Below are positions 45,014 through 56,634 of a DNA stretch of 64,000 nt, one piece after another. Location: assembly GCA_002269645.1 (NCBI GenBank), contig NIVC01000364.1, positions 124,001 through 188,000 of the forward strand. Direction: 5' to 3'. The notes under the pieces were generated by a model. That model had not been told where the DNA came from and did not search any database. It worked only from the letters and a program-made list of their open reading frames with translations. The translations under genes were made by a program, and so were the position numbers. Positions within the stretch are counted from its first letter, which is position 1, and every line of letters begins with the position of its first letter. This stretch comes from Macrostomum lignano (Eukaryota).

Positions 45014-48000
45014 ATGGACTGGCTTGTTCGCGAAGTGAGCGCCAGTTTCACTGGCAACCGCTATCCCGTTCACATTGGCTGGCTCATTGTTCAAGTGCTA
45101 TGCGCCTCCTTATTCTGGCTATTCATGTACGCCGCCCTGTGCCTCTCCATGCCCAGATTCCGCTGCGAGTGGCACTGCCGCATGGTCACTGCAGTCCACG
45201 CTCTGATTGTGTCCGCTCTGGCCTTTCTGGACGTCTTCATTATTGGCAGAATCCCGTTCTATCATAAGAATCAAGGTGAGAGATGTCAGGATCTAGGCCA
45301 GGGCCTGTTAGACATACTCGTTCGAATATCTGTTTCACTTGTTACTCCTTATTATGCAATCTTACTAAGGTGTTTAGTGAAAAGTTTCAGCCTCAATAAT
45401 CATAATAACAATATTTCAAGTTTCGCTTTTTGTCTATGTCCTATCTCTCTACAGGCATTCGTATATTTTAGAGCACCGCTCTCTTGTTTTTTTCCTAAAA
45501 GCATGTTTGAGCCTTAAGGCAATATAGAAAACAATAAAGTGCTTCAGCATTAACGCTGCTCTAAGTCTTTGGAGAAGAGTCCACGTTCTGACGACAGTGC
45601 ATGAGCCACTTCAATGGCGTCGCGACTGAACGAGTTGCAACTCGAGAAACCCGAGCGGGCTCTGACCTGGCTGAAGGCTTTCCAGGCGTTGGCCCGTGCA
45701 AAAGGCTGGAAGGATGAAGGCAACGATTTTGCAATTGCGAACAATTTCCTGGCTACATGTGGCCTCAGTGCCTTTGAGAAATTAGAAAGCCTGGTGGCTC
45801 CAAAAAAAATCGAGACTTTGAAGTTTGCGGATCTAGAAAAAGCACTTCTCTCATATCTCCGACCGAAGGAGAAACTGACTGTTGCGGAACGCACGCGGTT
45901 TTTTCATGTGCGTCAGCGGCCTGATGAAACGGTTTGCGATTTTCTCTCGCGCCTTCGCACTGCGGCCACGGACTGCAAGTTTGACGAATTGCGGTCTTGT
46001 GCAAGTCCTGCTGAGGAGCTGATTCGACTGGCTTTGATTTCGGGAATGCGAGATCATCGGACTCAACAGCGTATTTTAGAAACAATGCAAACTGACGACA
46101 TGTCAATTGAAGACATTGTGGATTTTGTCCGCAACCAGGAGCAAGTGGCTGCTTTTATTGTCTCTACCGGTGCGGATGCCAATAGCGTTCAATCTAACAG
46201 TGCTACTGCCTCTACGAGCATTTCCTCTGCAGCTACGGATGCTGGCACATTGCATTATTCCCAGGCCAGCCACACAAAGAAATCAGATGGCTATAAACGT
46301 GTTGTTACGGACTGCAGGTTCTGTGGGAAATCACACCCGCAAGGCAAGTGCCCGGCATTTGGTAAGACATGCACGAAATGTTCCAAAAGAAATCACTTTA
46401 GTGCAGTTTGTCGCTCGCAACCATCAAAATCCGTGCACAACGTTTCCGAGACTGAGACCTCTGCAGACGAGGGTGCCACCCTCCCATCAACGGATGTCTT
46501 GCATCTCTCCGATTCACATTCGGTTAATTCCGTAGATATCGTTACCGAAAATCTCCTTATCAACGGCCGTCATATCGCCATGCAGATTGATACGGGAGCC
46601 TCTGTGTCCGTTCTTTCCAGTACCCTCTGGGAATCGCTTGGCCGACCCACGCTTCAGAAGTGCACTCGCCGACTAGAAGCCTACGACGGTCATGCTCTTA
46701 AAGCGCTCGGCAAACTGTGCACCACCGTTGAGATGAATGGTCGCCTCCATCCCGCTGAACTCATGGTAATATCCTCCTCTAAGAAATACGGACTTCTCGG
46801 CCGAGATCTGCTTGAGTCAGAGAGACTATTCCATGTGTCTGTGCCTACATCTGCGACTGCGCCGCAGATAGTTGCGCCTCTTCCGACGATCAAAGGAGTT
46901 AAGGCCACGATGGAACTTGTTGCTGGAGCGAAGCCTCGTTTTTGCCGTGCCCGAGCTGTGCCAATTGCTCGTGAGTCTCAAGTGAATGCGGAACTGGACC
47001 GGCTGCAACAGCTCGGCGTAATTGAGCCTATCGATGGTCCAGTAGAGAATGCGTCTCCAGTTGTTTGGGTCACAAAAAAAGACGGCACTTTAAGGATGTG
47101 TGCGGACTACAAGGTTCATGTTAATTCCAAAATAAAATCAGATTCTTATCCTATCCCAAACATCGAGGGGATGTTCGCTAAACTAAAGAACGCCAAAAGG
47201 TTTGCCAGCATTGACCTACGATCAGCGTATTGGCAGATTGAGTTAGATGAGGCGGCTCGTGATCTGTCCGTGATAAATACCTCACGTGGTCTGTACAGGG
47301 TGAATCGATTGCAAATGGGTATGAAGAACGCCTCTTTCATTTTTCAGCGCACAATGGAGGCTATTCTATCCGACTTGAAAGGGCTGCTGATTTACCAAGA
47401 TGACATTCTTGTATTCGCCGATAACCATGACTCCTTGCAGAAGCGTCTGATGGCAGTCAAGAAACGCTTGGAGGAGAAGCGTGTTACCATCAACGAAGCT
47501 AAGTGCATTGACTACTGTGACGAGATTTCTTTCCTAGGCTTCAAGATCTCCGCCGCTGGCATTCAACCTGATGATCGCCTCGTTGAAAAGGTTCGCCAAA
47601 TCGCTACGCCCGTAAACAAGCAAGAGGTATCGCAGTTTCTGGGTCTCGTCAACTTTTTTGGCCGACTAATCCCAAATTTCACCGCTAAAACACGCGCGTT
47701 AAACAATCTTCGCAAGGCTAGCACAGCGTTTGTCTGGGATTCCAGTTGCTCTGAGGAATTTGAAAATCTGAAGCGTGAGATTAGCTCCGCTCCTGTCATA
47801 AGGCCGTACAGTTTAGAGAAACCAGTCACTTTGACTACCGATGCCTCCAAAGGTGCCGTGGCTGGCGTACTCACGCAGGAAGGACATCCCATCATCTATG
47901 TTTCGAGAACGTTATCAAAAGCTGAGGAAAACTACTCAAACATTGAGCGCGAGGCGCTTGCAGTTTTCTGGGCAATCAATCGCCTAAGACAATACCTCCT

Positions 48001-51000
48001 AGGAAGAAATTTTACTATCCAGACAGATCATCAGCCGCTACTTCGCCTCTTTGGTGGCGAGGTGCCCACGCACACCTCGGCTAGAATTGGTCGCTGGGCG
48101 CTTGCGCTTATGCAGTATGACTTCCAAATTCAATATGTTAGTGGTCCTCAAATTCCCCATGCCGACGCACTATCCCGCCTGCGTTTCACTAAAGCGTCGC
48201 CCGATCCAAAGGAAATTTCTGATGCGATCAACTGCGTGGTATTCGAAACCTCAACCATTGACTCTAAGCGTATACTGGCGGAGATGGATTCTGACCCTCT
48301 TGTTCAGAAGATAATTCAGCGCGTGCGCTCTGGAGACTGGTCGAAGTGCTCTCAGGCGGAATCCCCATTCAAAAAAGTCGCGGATCGCCTCACTATGGAA
48401 ACTGGCCTGCTATTCAAGCAGAGACGCATCTTTATTCCGCCTCGCCTACGTCTCGAAGCCTTTAACACTATTCACGACACGCACTTGGGCGCGCAAGCCT
48501 CTTACAATCTACTAGCCTCATCGTGTTGGTGGCCTGGGATGCGGCTTGATGTTGAACAATTTGTGCGTCGATGTGCTGGATGCAATCAGCTACGACCGCG
48601 ACTGCACAAAGAAAGAGACACTTGGCCAGCATCTACTTTTCCTTTCCAGCGGATCCACATCGATTGGGCGTATGTAAAGGACATTGGAAATATCCTAATT
48701 GTCGTCGATACGTTTTCAGGATGGATAGAAGCTTTTCCGTCGCGTGACAGATCAGGAGATAGCGTTGTTCGGTCCCTAATTACCGTATTTTCTCGATTTG
48801 GTGTACCCGAACTACTTGTGTCGGACAACGCACCTGAGTTTACTGGTGATCCCCTATCCTCATTCCTACGCGCCAACGGCGTTCGGAAATTGGAGTCACC
48901 TCCGTACTACCCTCAGGCAAATGGATCGGCGGAGCGGGCAGTTCGTACTGTCAAGACGGCGTTGAGAGCGTGGACCGAGCGCGTCACCCACATGGAGTTT
49001 CTCCGCTTCCTTCAGAAGATACTTTTCCACCATCGCAATTCGTCCATGTCCCGAGGTAAATGCCCGGCGGAATTGGTCTTTGGCAGACGACTGCGCGTGC
49101 CCGTAGTTTCACCTTTCGTTCAGGGGGAGACGGTCCACTACAAACCACATGAATCGTCGTCAGGCACCCCCGCGACCTTTGTGATGACTGCAGGCAGGAA
49201 CACGGCGTGGGTTCTCGCTGACAGTCGGTTGCAGTTAGCTAGCACTAATCAGCTGGCGCCTCAAAACCAGCCTTCAGACGCCGATGACGATGATGAAGAT
49301 GCTGTTCCCACATCCAATGCAGACGTGCCGCCCGATGACCAACAGCAGGCCCAACTGAGACGAAGTTTGCGAGACCGTCGACCTCCCGAGAGATTCACCC
49401 CATAGCATTCTCATGAGTTGCAGTGAACAACAACTACCTTGCCTGTTAACAATGAACTGAATAAGATATGTTTTCCCACTCTAAAAGTTACTCATGAAAT
49501 TTTATGCTTTATTGATATAACCCATACATATAGGTCATGGTTGTAAGCAGCTTCTGAAGAAGGGGCATGTTGTGCATTGAGAGAATGCCTCCTATCAACG
49601 CGCGCATTGATGTACTACTATTAATTCTCTTACTGACTCTCTCGTTCCCTTCAAGTTTCGCTTTTTGTCTATGTCCTATCTCTCTACAGGCATTCGTATA
49701 TTTTAGAGCACCGCTCTCTTGTTTGTTTCCTAAAAGCATGTTTGAGCCTTAAGGCAATATAGAAAACAATAAAGTGCTTCAGCATTAACGCTGCTCTAAG
49801 TCTTTGGAGAAGAGTCCACGTTCTGACGACAGTGCATGAGCCACTTCAATGTCAGGATCTAGGCCAGGGCCTGTTAGACATACTCGTTCGAATATCTGTT
49901 TCACTTGTTACTCCTTATTATGCAATCTTACTAAGGTGTTTAGTGAAAAGTTTCAGCCTCAATAATCATAATAACAATAATTGATTACAGATGCTCAGCC
50001 GCAGCTATTGCGCGGCGCATCTGAAGGCTGCGTACGGCAGTTCAGTCCAAGGACTGGGGGGGGGGGTCGCCACACAGCCTCAATTACCCCAGTTAATGCC
50101 GGCATCCCATTTTACAGCTGGGTGAACTGAAGCAGTGCAGAGTTAAGTGTCTTGCTTAAGGACACAAATTGTTCCGAGTGGGGCAAGAATCGAACCTAGA
50201 CCTTTCGGACGTAAGTCTGACGCTTCAACCACTAGGCTGCAACCCCTCAAAAAGCTTTTAAATACATTTTAGGATTCTCTAAGTTTAGATAGTGAGCAGG
50301 TATTTAGTTATGAATCTATTTAAAATCATTAATTTGCTGAATCATTCAACCATTAATCTTGTAGTCCTGCCTTACACGGAACTGGAAAGGCTAATATTCA
50401 CGGCCAGCCTCGGCTATTTTATATTCGACATCTCCTGGTGCCTGTACTATCAAACTGAGGGCCCCTTCATGCTGTTCCATCACGCTATGAGCATTCTGGG
50501 CCTGGCCGGCACCCTGCTGATGGGCAAATGCGGCGCTGAGATGGCCGCCACTGTTGGTGGGACGGAGGTCACCAATCCAGTGCTGCAGTTGCGATGGTTC
50601 CTGCGGGAACAGGTGGGTTTTGCTTGCTCAGCTTTTATTGCTGCTTGGCATTTTTGTGTGTCTGTATGGGGATTTGTTTTGGGATTCCATTGTGTCTGTA
50701 TGGAGTTTTGTTTGGGGATTCCATTGTGTCTGTATGGAGTTTTGTTTGATTATTCCATTGTGTCTGTATGGGGTTTTGTTTGGGGATTCCATTGTGTCTG
50801 TATGGGGTTTTGTTTGGGGATTCCATTGTGTCTGTATGGAGTTTTGTTTGATTATTCCATTGTGTCTGAATGGGGTTTTGTTTGGGGATTCCATTGTGTC
50901 TGAATGGGGTTTTTTTTGGGGATTCCATTGTGTCTGAATGGGGTTTTGTTTGGGGATTCCATTGTGTCTGAATGGGGTTTTGTTTGGGGATTCCATTGTG

Positions 51001-52379
51001 TCTGAATGGGGTTTTGTTTGGGGATTCCATTGTGTCTGAATGGGGTTTTGTTTGGGGATTCCATTGTGTCTGTATGGAGTTTTGTTTGGGGATTCCATTG
51101 TGTCTGTATGGAGTTTTGTTTAGGGATTCCATTGTGTCTGAATGGGGTTTTGTTTGGGGATTCCATTGTGTCTGTATGGGGTTTTGTTTGGGGATTCCAT
51201 TGTGTCTGAATGGGGTTTTGTTTGGGGATTCCATTGTGTCTGAATGGGGTTTTGTTTGGGGATTCCATTGTGTCTGAATGGGGTTTTGTTTGGGGATTCC
51301 ATTGTGTCTGAATGGGGTTTTGTTTGGGGATTCCATTGTGTCTGAATGGGGTTTTGTTTGGGGATTCCATTGTGTCTGAATGGGGTTTTGTTTGGGGATT
51401 CCATTGTGTCTGAATGGGGTTTTGTTTGGGGATTCCATTGTGTCTGAATGGGGTTTTGTTTGGGGATTCCATTGTGTCTGAATGGGGTTTTGTTTGGGGA
51501 TTCCATTGTGTCTGAATGGGGTTTTGTTTGGGGATTCCATTGTGTCTGAATGGGGTTTTGTTTGGGGATTCCATTGTGTCTGAATGGGGTTTTGTTTGGG
51601 GATTCCATTGTGATTTGTGTCTGTATGGGGTTTTGTTTGGGGATTCCATTTTGTCTGTATGGGTCTCAGTTTGTGGATTCCATTGTGTTTGTATGGGGAT
51701 TTCATTGTGTCTGTAGGAGGCTCGGTTTGGGGATTCCATTGTGGCTCGGTTTGGGAATCCATAGTTTCTATTTTTAGCTTTCGGAATGCACGCCTGTTTG
51801 TGACCGTGGTTCGAGACTCCACTGTTACTATATTTACTTTGGGGGATCCACTATTTCTAGTATTAATTCGGTATGTGCGAGCATTAAAAGTACATTGAGT
51901 GTACTCTAGAATCGAGCTCACAATTTGCTATAACTCGCTGGCAGGGCTTCACCGGCACCAGGCTGATGATGGGAGTTGAGGTGCTGTTCATGGTCAGCTT
52001 CGGAGTAATGCGCCTGCTGTTGGGCGGCGCTCTCATAATCTCATATTTTACCAATCCGCACACCGAACTGCTTGGCCGGCTGGCTGCTGTAGTGATCTAC
52101 GGCATCGGCGTGATTTTCTACGCCCAGCTGTGCAGCTACTGCATGCACAGATTCCGCAGGCGCGCCCCAATTGTCGTCGCTTCAAATGGCACCGCCCATC
52201 ATCATTTGGCGCAGTCGGTCTCGGATAGCTCGCTGGCGGCTGCCAGCCCAGCTGGCGGAGCCGGCGACAGTCCCATAGTGTCGCCAGCTGGAGTGGCAAC
52301 TGTTCTGTCCTTCTCGGCTTCGTCTGGCGATTTAAATCGAGCATTGGACACTGCCGGCTCGAGTAGGAAGCAGCATTAG
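45014..52379 (+). CDS. TLCD5: TLC-domain membrane protein (TLCD5/TMEM136-like), about 314 aa. Exons 45014-45275, 50365-50612, 51945-52379
   Basis: EWHCRMVTAVHA, LGYFIFDISWC, EGPFMLFHH and GTEVTNPVLQLRWFLRE match TMEM136 as recalled. GT-AG introns, 945 nt. Confidence 0.88.
45415..49848 (+). mobile_element. Ty3/Gypsy LTR retrotransposon in TLCD5 intron 1. 5' LTR truncated (45415-45613); full 281-bp 3' LTR (49568-49848)
   Basis: The 3' LTR is TGTTGTG...CACTTCA, preceded by the polypurine tract GAAGAAGGGG. The PBS-like TGGCGTCGCG follows the 5' LTR. I found one substitution in the 199 shared bp. Confidence 0.95.
45614..49405 (+). CDS. Intact single-ORF Gag-Pol polyprotein, 1263 aa (Gag-PR-RT-RNaseH-IN)
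   Basis: Zinc knuckle CTKCSKRNHFSAVC; protease IDTGAS; RT LRMCADYK and YQDD; RNase H TTDASKG; integrase HDTHLG...C, IHID, SDNAPEF, PQANGSAER. The domain order is that of Ty3/Gypsy. Confidence 0.97.
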   Translation: MASRLNELQLEKPERALTWLKAFQALARAKGWKDEGNDFAIANNFLATCGLSAFEKLESLVAPKKIETLKFADLEKALLSYLRPKEKLTVAERTRFFHVRQRPDETVCDFLSRLRTAATDCKFDELRSCASPAEELIRLALISGMRDHRTQQRILETMQTDDMSIEDIVDFVRNQEQVAAFIVSTGADANSVQSNSATASTSISSAATDAGTLHYSQASHTKKSDGYKRVVTDCRFCGKSHPQGKCPAFGKTCTKCSKRNHFSAVCRSQPSKSVHNVSETETSADEGATLPSTDVLHLSDSHSVNSVDIVTENLLINGRHIAMQIDTGASVSVLSSTLWESLGRPTLQKCTRRLEAYDGHALKALGKLCTTVEMNGRLHPAELMVISSSKKYGLLGRDLLESERLFHVSVPTSATAPQIVAPLPTIKGVKATMELVAGAKPRFCRARAVPIARESQVNAELDRLQQLGVIEPIDGPVENASPVVWVTKKDGTLRMCADYKVHVNSKIKSDSYPIPNIEGMFAKLKNAKRFASIDLRSAYWQIELDEAARDLSVINTSRGLYRVNRLQMGMKNASFIFQRTMEAILSDLKGLLIYQDDILVFADNHDSLQKRLMAVKKRLEEKRVTINEAKCIDYCDEISFLGFKISAAGIQPDDRLVEKVRQIATPVNKQEVSQFLGLVNFFGRLIPNFTAKTRALNNLRKASTAFVWDSSCSEEFENLKREISSAPVIRPYSLEKPVTLTTDASKGAVAGVLTQEGHPIIYVSRTLSKAEENYSNIEREALAVFWAINRLRQYLLGRNFTIQTDHQPLLRLFGGEVPTHTSARIGRWALALMQYDFQIQYVSGPQIPHADALSRLRFTKASPDPKEISDAINCVVFETSTIDSKRILAEMDSDPLVQKIIQRVRSGDWSKCSQAESPFKKVADRLTMETGLLFKQRRIFIPPRLRLEAFNTIHDTHLGAQASYNLLASSCWWPGMRLDVEQFVRRCAGCNQLRPRLHKERDTWPASTFPFQRIHIDWAYVKDIGNILIVVDTFSGWIEAFPSRDRSGDSVVRSLITVFSRFGVPELLVSDNAPEFTGDPLSSFLRANGVRKLESPPYYPQANGSAERAVRTVKTALRAWTERVTHMEFLRFLQKILFHHRNSSMSRGKCPAELVFGRRLRVPVVSPFVQGETVHYKPHESSSGTPATFVMTAGRNTAWVLADSRLQLASTNQLAPQNQPSDADDDDEDAVPTSNADVPPDDQQQAQLRRSLRDRRPPERFTP
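49962..50246 (-). mobile_element. tRNA-derived CORE-type (MIR-like) SINE
   Basis: Minus strand: A-box CAGCCTAGTGG, B-box GGTTCGATTC, CORE-like GCAAGACACTTAAC...CAGTTCACCCAGCTGTAAAATGGG, and an (ATT)n-like tail. Confidence 0.75.
50650..51750. repeat. 34-bp minisatellite (TGGGGTTTTGTTTGGGGATTCCATTGTGTCTGAA)n in TLCD5 intron 2
   Basis: Directly visible. Confidence 0.97.
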
Positions 52380-52589
52380 AGTGCGTAGTGCTGTCGCGTT
52401 TTGCTTTTAGTGAATGAATAGCGCACTGATTTCTGCTCAATAGTGTCCGCGCTTGTTCATGTTGCTTTTAACAATCTTCTTAATATTTCAACACTTACAC
52501 CTGAGATCAGGAGGGAGAATTTTATGCTACTGTAAGTAGTATATAGTAAGATTTCAGCTGGTCAGCTTCAGGCCTATTAAAGACAAGGA

Positions 52590-53575
52590 AATTGCAGCTC
52601 ACTGAATGGATAGCAGGTCACTGAATGGATAGCAGGTCACTGAATGGATAGCAGCCAGGTCACTGAATGGATAGCAGCTCACTGAATGGATAGCAGCTCA
52701 CTGAATGGATAGCAGCTCACTGAATGAATAGCAGCAGCTCACTGAATGGATAGCAGGTCACTGAATGGATAGCAGCTCACTGAATGGATAGCAGCTCACT
52801 GAATGGATAGCAGCTCACTGAATGAATAGCAGCAGCTTACTTAATGGATAGCAGCTCACTGAATGGATAGCAGCAGCTCACTGAATGGATAGCAGCTCAC
52901 TGAATAGATAGCAGGTCACTGAATGGATAGCAGCAGCTCACTGAATGGATAGCAGCTCACTGAATGGATAGCAGCTCACTGAATGAATAGCAGCAGCTCA
53001 CTGAATGGATAGCAGCTCACTGAATAGATAGCAGCTCACTGAATAGATAGCAGCTCACTGAATGGATAGCAGGTAACTGAATGGATAGCAGCTCACTGAA
53101 TGAATAGCAGCAGCTCACTGAATGGATAGCAGCTCACTGAATAGATAGCAGCTCACTGAATGAATAGCAGCAGCTCACTGAATGGATAGCAGCTCACTGA
53201 ATAGATAGCAGCTCACTGAATAGATAGCAGCTCACTGAATGGATAGCAGGTAACTGAATGGATAGCAGCTCACTGAATGAATAGCAGCAGCTCACTGAAT
53301 GGATAGCAGCTCACTGAATAGATAGCAGCTCACTGAATGAATAGCAGCAGCTCACTGAATGGATAGCAGCTCACTGAATAGATAGCAGCTCACTGAATAG
53401 ATAGCAGCTCACTGAATGGATAGCAGGTAACTGAATGGATAGCAGCTCACTGAATGAATAGCAGCAGCTCACTGAATGGATAGCAGCTCACTGAATAGAT
53501 AGCAGCTCACTGAATAGATAGCAGCTCACTGAATAGATAGCAGCTCACTGAATGGATAGCAGGTAACTGAACCAC
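52590..53575. repeat. 19/22-bp minisatellite (CACTGAATGGATAGCAGCT)n
   Basis: Directly visible. Confidence 0.97.
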
Positions 53576-54484
53576 TTGGCTGTCTAATCTTAGTACCCTT
53601 AAACCTGTAATACAACTTGATGGCTGGCATCACATTTAATTTAGCGGTTATTTTTATTACCTTTCGAGCATATGACTTGCTTGCTACTCGTTAGTAGTTT
53701 TGACGCATATTTGTAGCCCGATATTTTTAGCCCTGACGACCAATCTTCTTACAGCTTGCCTGCGCCCAGCAATTGTTGGACGGTATTTTGTCGTCTCAAA
53801 CTTATGTTTGAACTCAATACTTTAGTTAGTAATTTTTACTAATTAATTTTTAGCGTTACTGCACAATTGCTTTGTTCTGTTGAACTCAATGAATACGAGC
53901 GGGTACATAATGATATGGTTATCAGTACGTCTATTTTTCTAGGTTTGAGCTGAACTCCGTCCCGTTTTAAAGTTTTAGAAAGATAGTAAGAATGCAAAAA
54001 TTATCATTTTCTCCTATTGCTACTGATTTCATTTGAGCCAGTAGTATGATTTGCTTTTCTTAAAATGATTTTAATTCGTTTTTTTCACCTTGATATTTAT
54101 GTCGGTTTTCTTTATTTTCTCATGTGCTCTGCTGTGTTGACTAAATGCCTTTAAAGCGATATTTTTCTGACTGTTTGCTCTGTTTTGCACTGAACTTACA
54201 CCAGGAGCCTTAATACAGATATCGATTTTTAATTTGCACTTTTCAGCTTTATCTTTTTGTCATTTAAAAAAAGTTTTTTCACGTCTACGTGGCCTGGCCC
54301 AGTGTCGGTTTATTTGTCTCAATTGTTGCTTTGTAGTTCGCGTAAATGTACATTCGGTTCTTCTCCTGACTGGCTTGTGGATTTTTCTGCTGCAGCTGAC
54401 TTTTGCATTGACTTTTTCATTTGTTAGACCGGCCTTAAGGAGCTGTCCCTGATGCCTGACCCCTGACTCTTGTTGGCCCTGAAC

Positions 54485-56045
54485 TGTCCCAATCCGTGTA
54501 CCACATCCCTCCAGACTGTCCCAATCCGTGTCCCACATCCCTCCAGACTGTCCCAATTTGTGTCCCACATCCCTCCAGACTGTCCCAATCCGTGTACCAC
54601 ATCCCTCCAGACTGTCCCAATCCGTGTACCACATCCCTCCAGACTGTCCCAATCCGTGTCCCACATCCCTCCAGACTGTCCCAATTTGTGTCCCACATCC
54701 CTCCAGACTGTCCCAATTTGTGTCCCACATCCCTCCAGACTGTCCCAATCCGTGTCCCACATCCCTCCAGACTGTCCCAATTTGTGTCCCACATCCCTCC
54801 AGACTGTCCCAATTTGTGTCCCACATCCCTCCAGACTGTCCCAATCCGTGTCCCACATCCCTCCAGACTGTCCCAATTCGTGTCCCACATCCCTCCAGAC
54901 TGTCCCAATAATCCGTGTCCCACATCCCTCCAGACTGTCCCAATTCGTGTCCCACATCCCTCCAGACTGTCCCAACCCGTGTCCCATCCCTACAGACTGT
55001 CTCAACCCGTGTCCCATCCCTCCAGACTGTCCCAATTTGTGTCCCACATCCCTCCAGACTGTCCCAATTTGTGTCCCACATCCCTCCAGACTGTCCCAAT
55101 TTGTGTCCCACATCCCTCCAGACTGTCCCAATTTGTGTCCCACATCCCTCCAGACTGTCCCAATTTGTGTCCCACATCCCTCCAGACTGTCCCAATTTGT
55201 GTCCCACATCCCTCCAGACTGTCCGAATTTGTGTCCCACATCCCTCCAGACTGTCCCAATTTGTGTCCCACATCCCTCCAGACTGTCCCAATCCGTGTAC
55301 CACATCCCTCCAGACTGTCCCAATCCGTGTCCCACATCCCTCCAGACTGTCCCAATCCGTGTCCCACATCCCTCCAGACTGTCCCAATCCGTGTCCCACA
55401 TCCCTCCAGACTGTCCGAACCCGTGTCCCATCCCTCCAGACTGTCCCAATTTGTGTCCCACATCCCTCCAGACTGTCCCAATTTGTGTTCCACATCCCTC
55501 CAGACTGTCCCAACCCGTGTCCCATCCCTACAGACTGTCTCAACCCGTGTCCCATCCCTCCAAACTGTCCCAATTCGTGTCCCACATCCCTCCAGACTGT
55601 CCCAATTTGTGTGCCTCATCCCTCCAGACTGTCTCAACCCGTGTCCCACATCCCTGTCCCAACCCGTGTCTCATATCCCTCCAGACTGTCTCAACCCGTG
55701 TCCCACATCCCTGTCCCAACCCGTGTCCCACATCCCTGTCCCAACCCGTGTCCCACATCCCTCCAGACTGTCCCAATTTGTGTCCCACATCCCTCCAGAC
55801 TGTCCCAATTTGTGTCCCACATCCCTCCAGACTGTCCCAATTCGTGTCCCACATCCCTCCAGACTGTCCCAATTTGTGTCCCATCCCTCCAGACTGTCCC
55901 AATTTGTGTCCCTCATCTCTCCAGACTGTCCCAACCCGTGTCCCACATCTCTCCAGACTGTCCCAACCTGTTTCCCACATCCCTCCAGACTGTCCCAACC
56001 CGTGTCCCACATCCCTCCAGACTGTCCGAACCCGTTTCCCACATC
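54485..56045. repeat. 32-bp minisatellite (GTCCCACATCCCTCCAGACTGTCCCAATTTGT)n
   Basis: Directly visible; source of many spurious ORFs. Confidence 0.97.
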
Positions 56046-56634
56046 CTTTAATATTTTGCACTGTTTTGTCAGTAGGCCAGTGTGTTCTGTTCTGCCGGCT
56101 TAAGTTGTCATTATTTTCAAGTTTCACGTTTGTTCAATACTGTAGAATTTTCTAAACAATTTTTCTATATGAAAACCGTGCCTGAATAAACAAAACTATT
56201 TCGAGTTTTCTGTCTTCGTTCCACACGGCGTTGTCTTTCCTAATTTCTTGGCTTTTTATCTGACAACTCGGTCTCGAAATATCTAGACCTAGACTGAGCA
56301 GTAAGCAGAATGTCTCCATGTCCTAACTTAGTGTCATACTTTAGCCATTGCGGTCTAATCTACATTACTTTTTAGTGTGAATGCACATGAGAATGACAAA
56401 AATCGATATTGATACACCCGCCGCAGGTGTTGTCACCGTGTACTTTCGGTGGCTAGCATTTTGTTTGACTTTATTCGGTTTTGATAAGTCTAATCTAAAT
56501 TTAATCTCTTAGGTGTAAAGCAAAGCAAAATTGTACGTGTGATCGTACTTGGTCTCTGTGCATTGAACTTCGAATGATCCACCTTACTCACACAGCTAAC
56601 CCTACCGAACACATTCCTGACTTACTACTGTTCG

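Noticed and set aside
45284-45413. Segment starting TGTCAGG as the true 5' LTR start
   Set aside because: It is absent from the PPT-adjacent LTR (which begins TGTTGTG at 49568) and instead recurs after that LTR, so it is duplicated host intron.
50613-51944. TLCD5 intron 2 (1332 nt, 3n) as a second in-frame retainable intron
   Set aside because: The frame hits TGA at about 50903 within the repeat.
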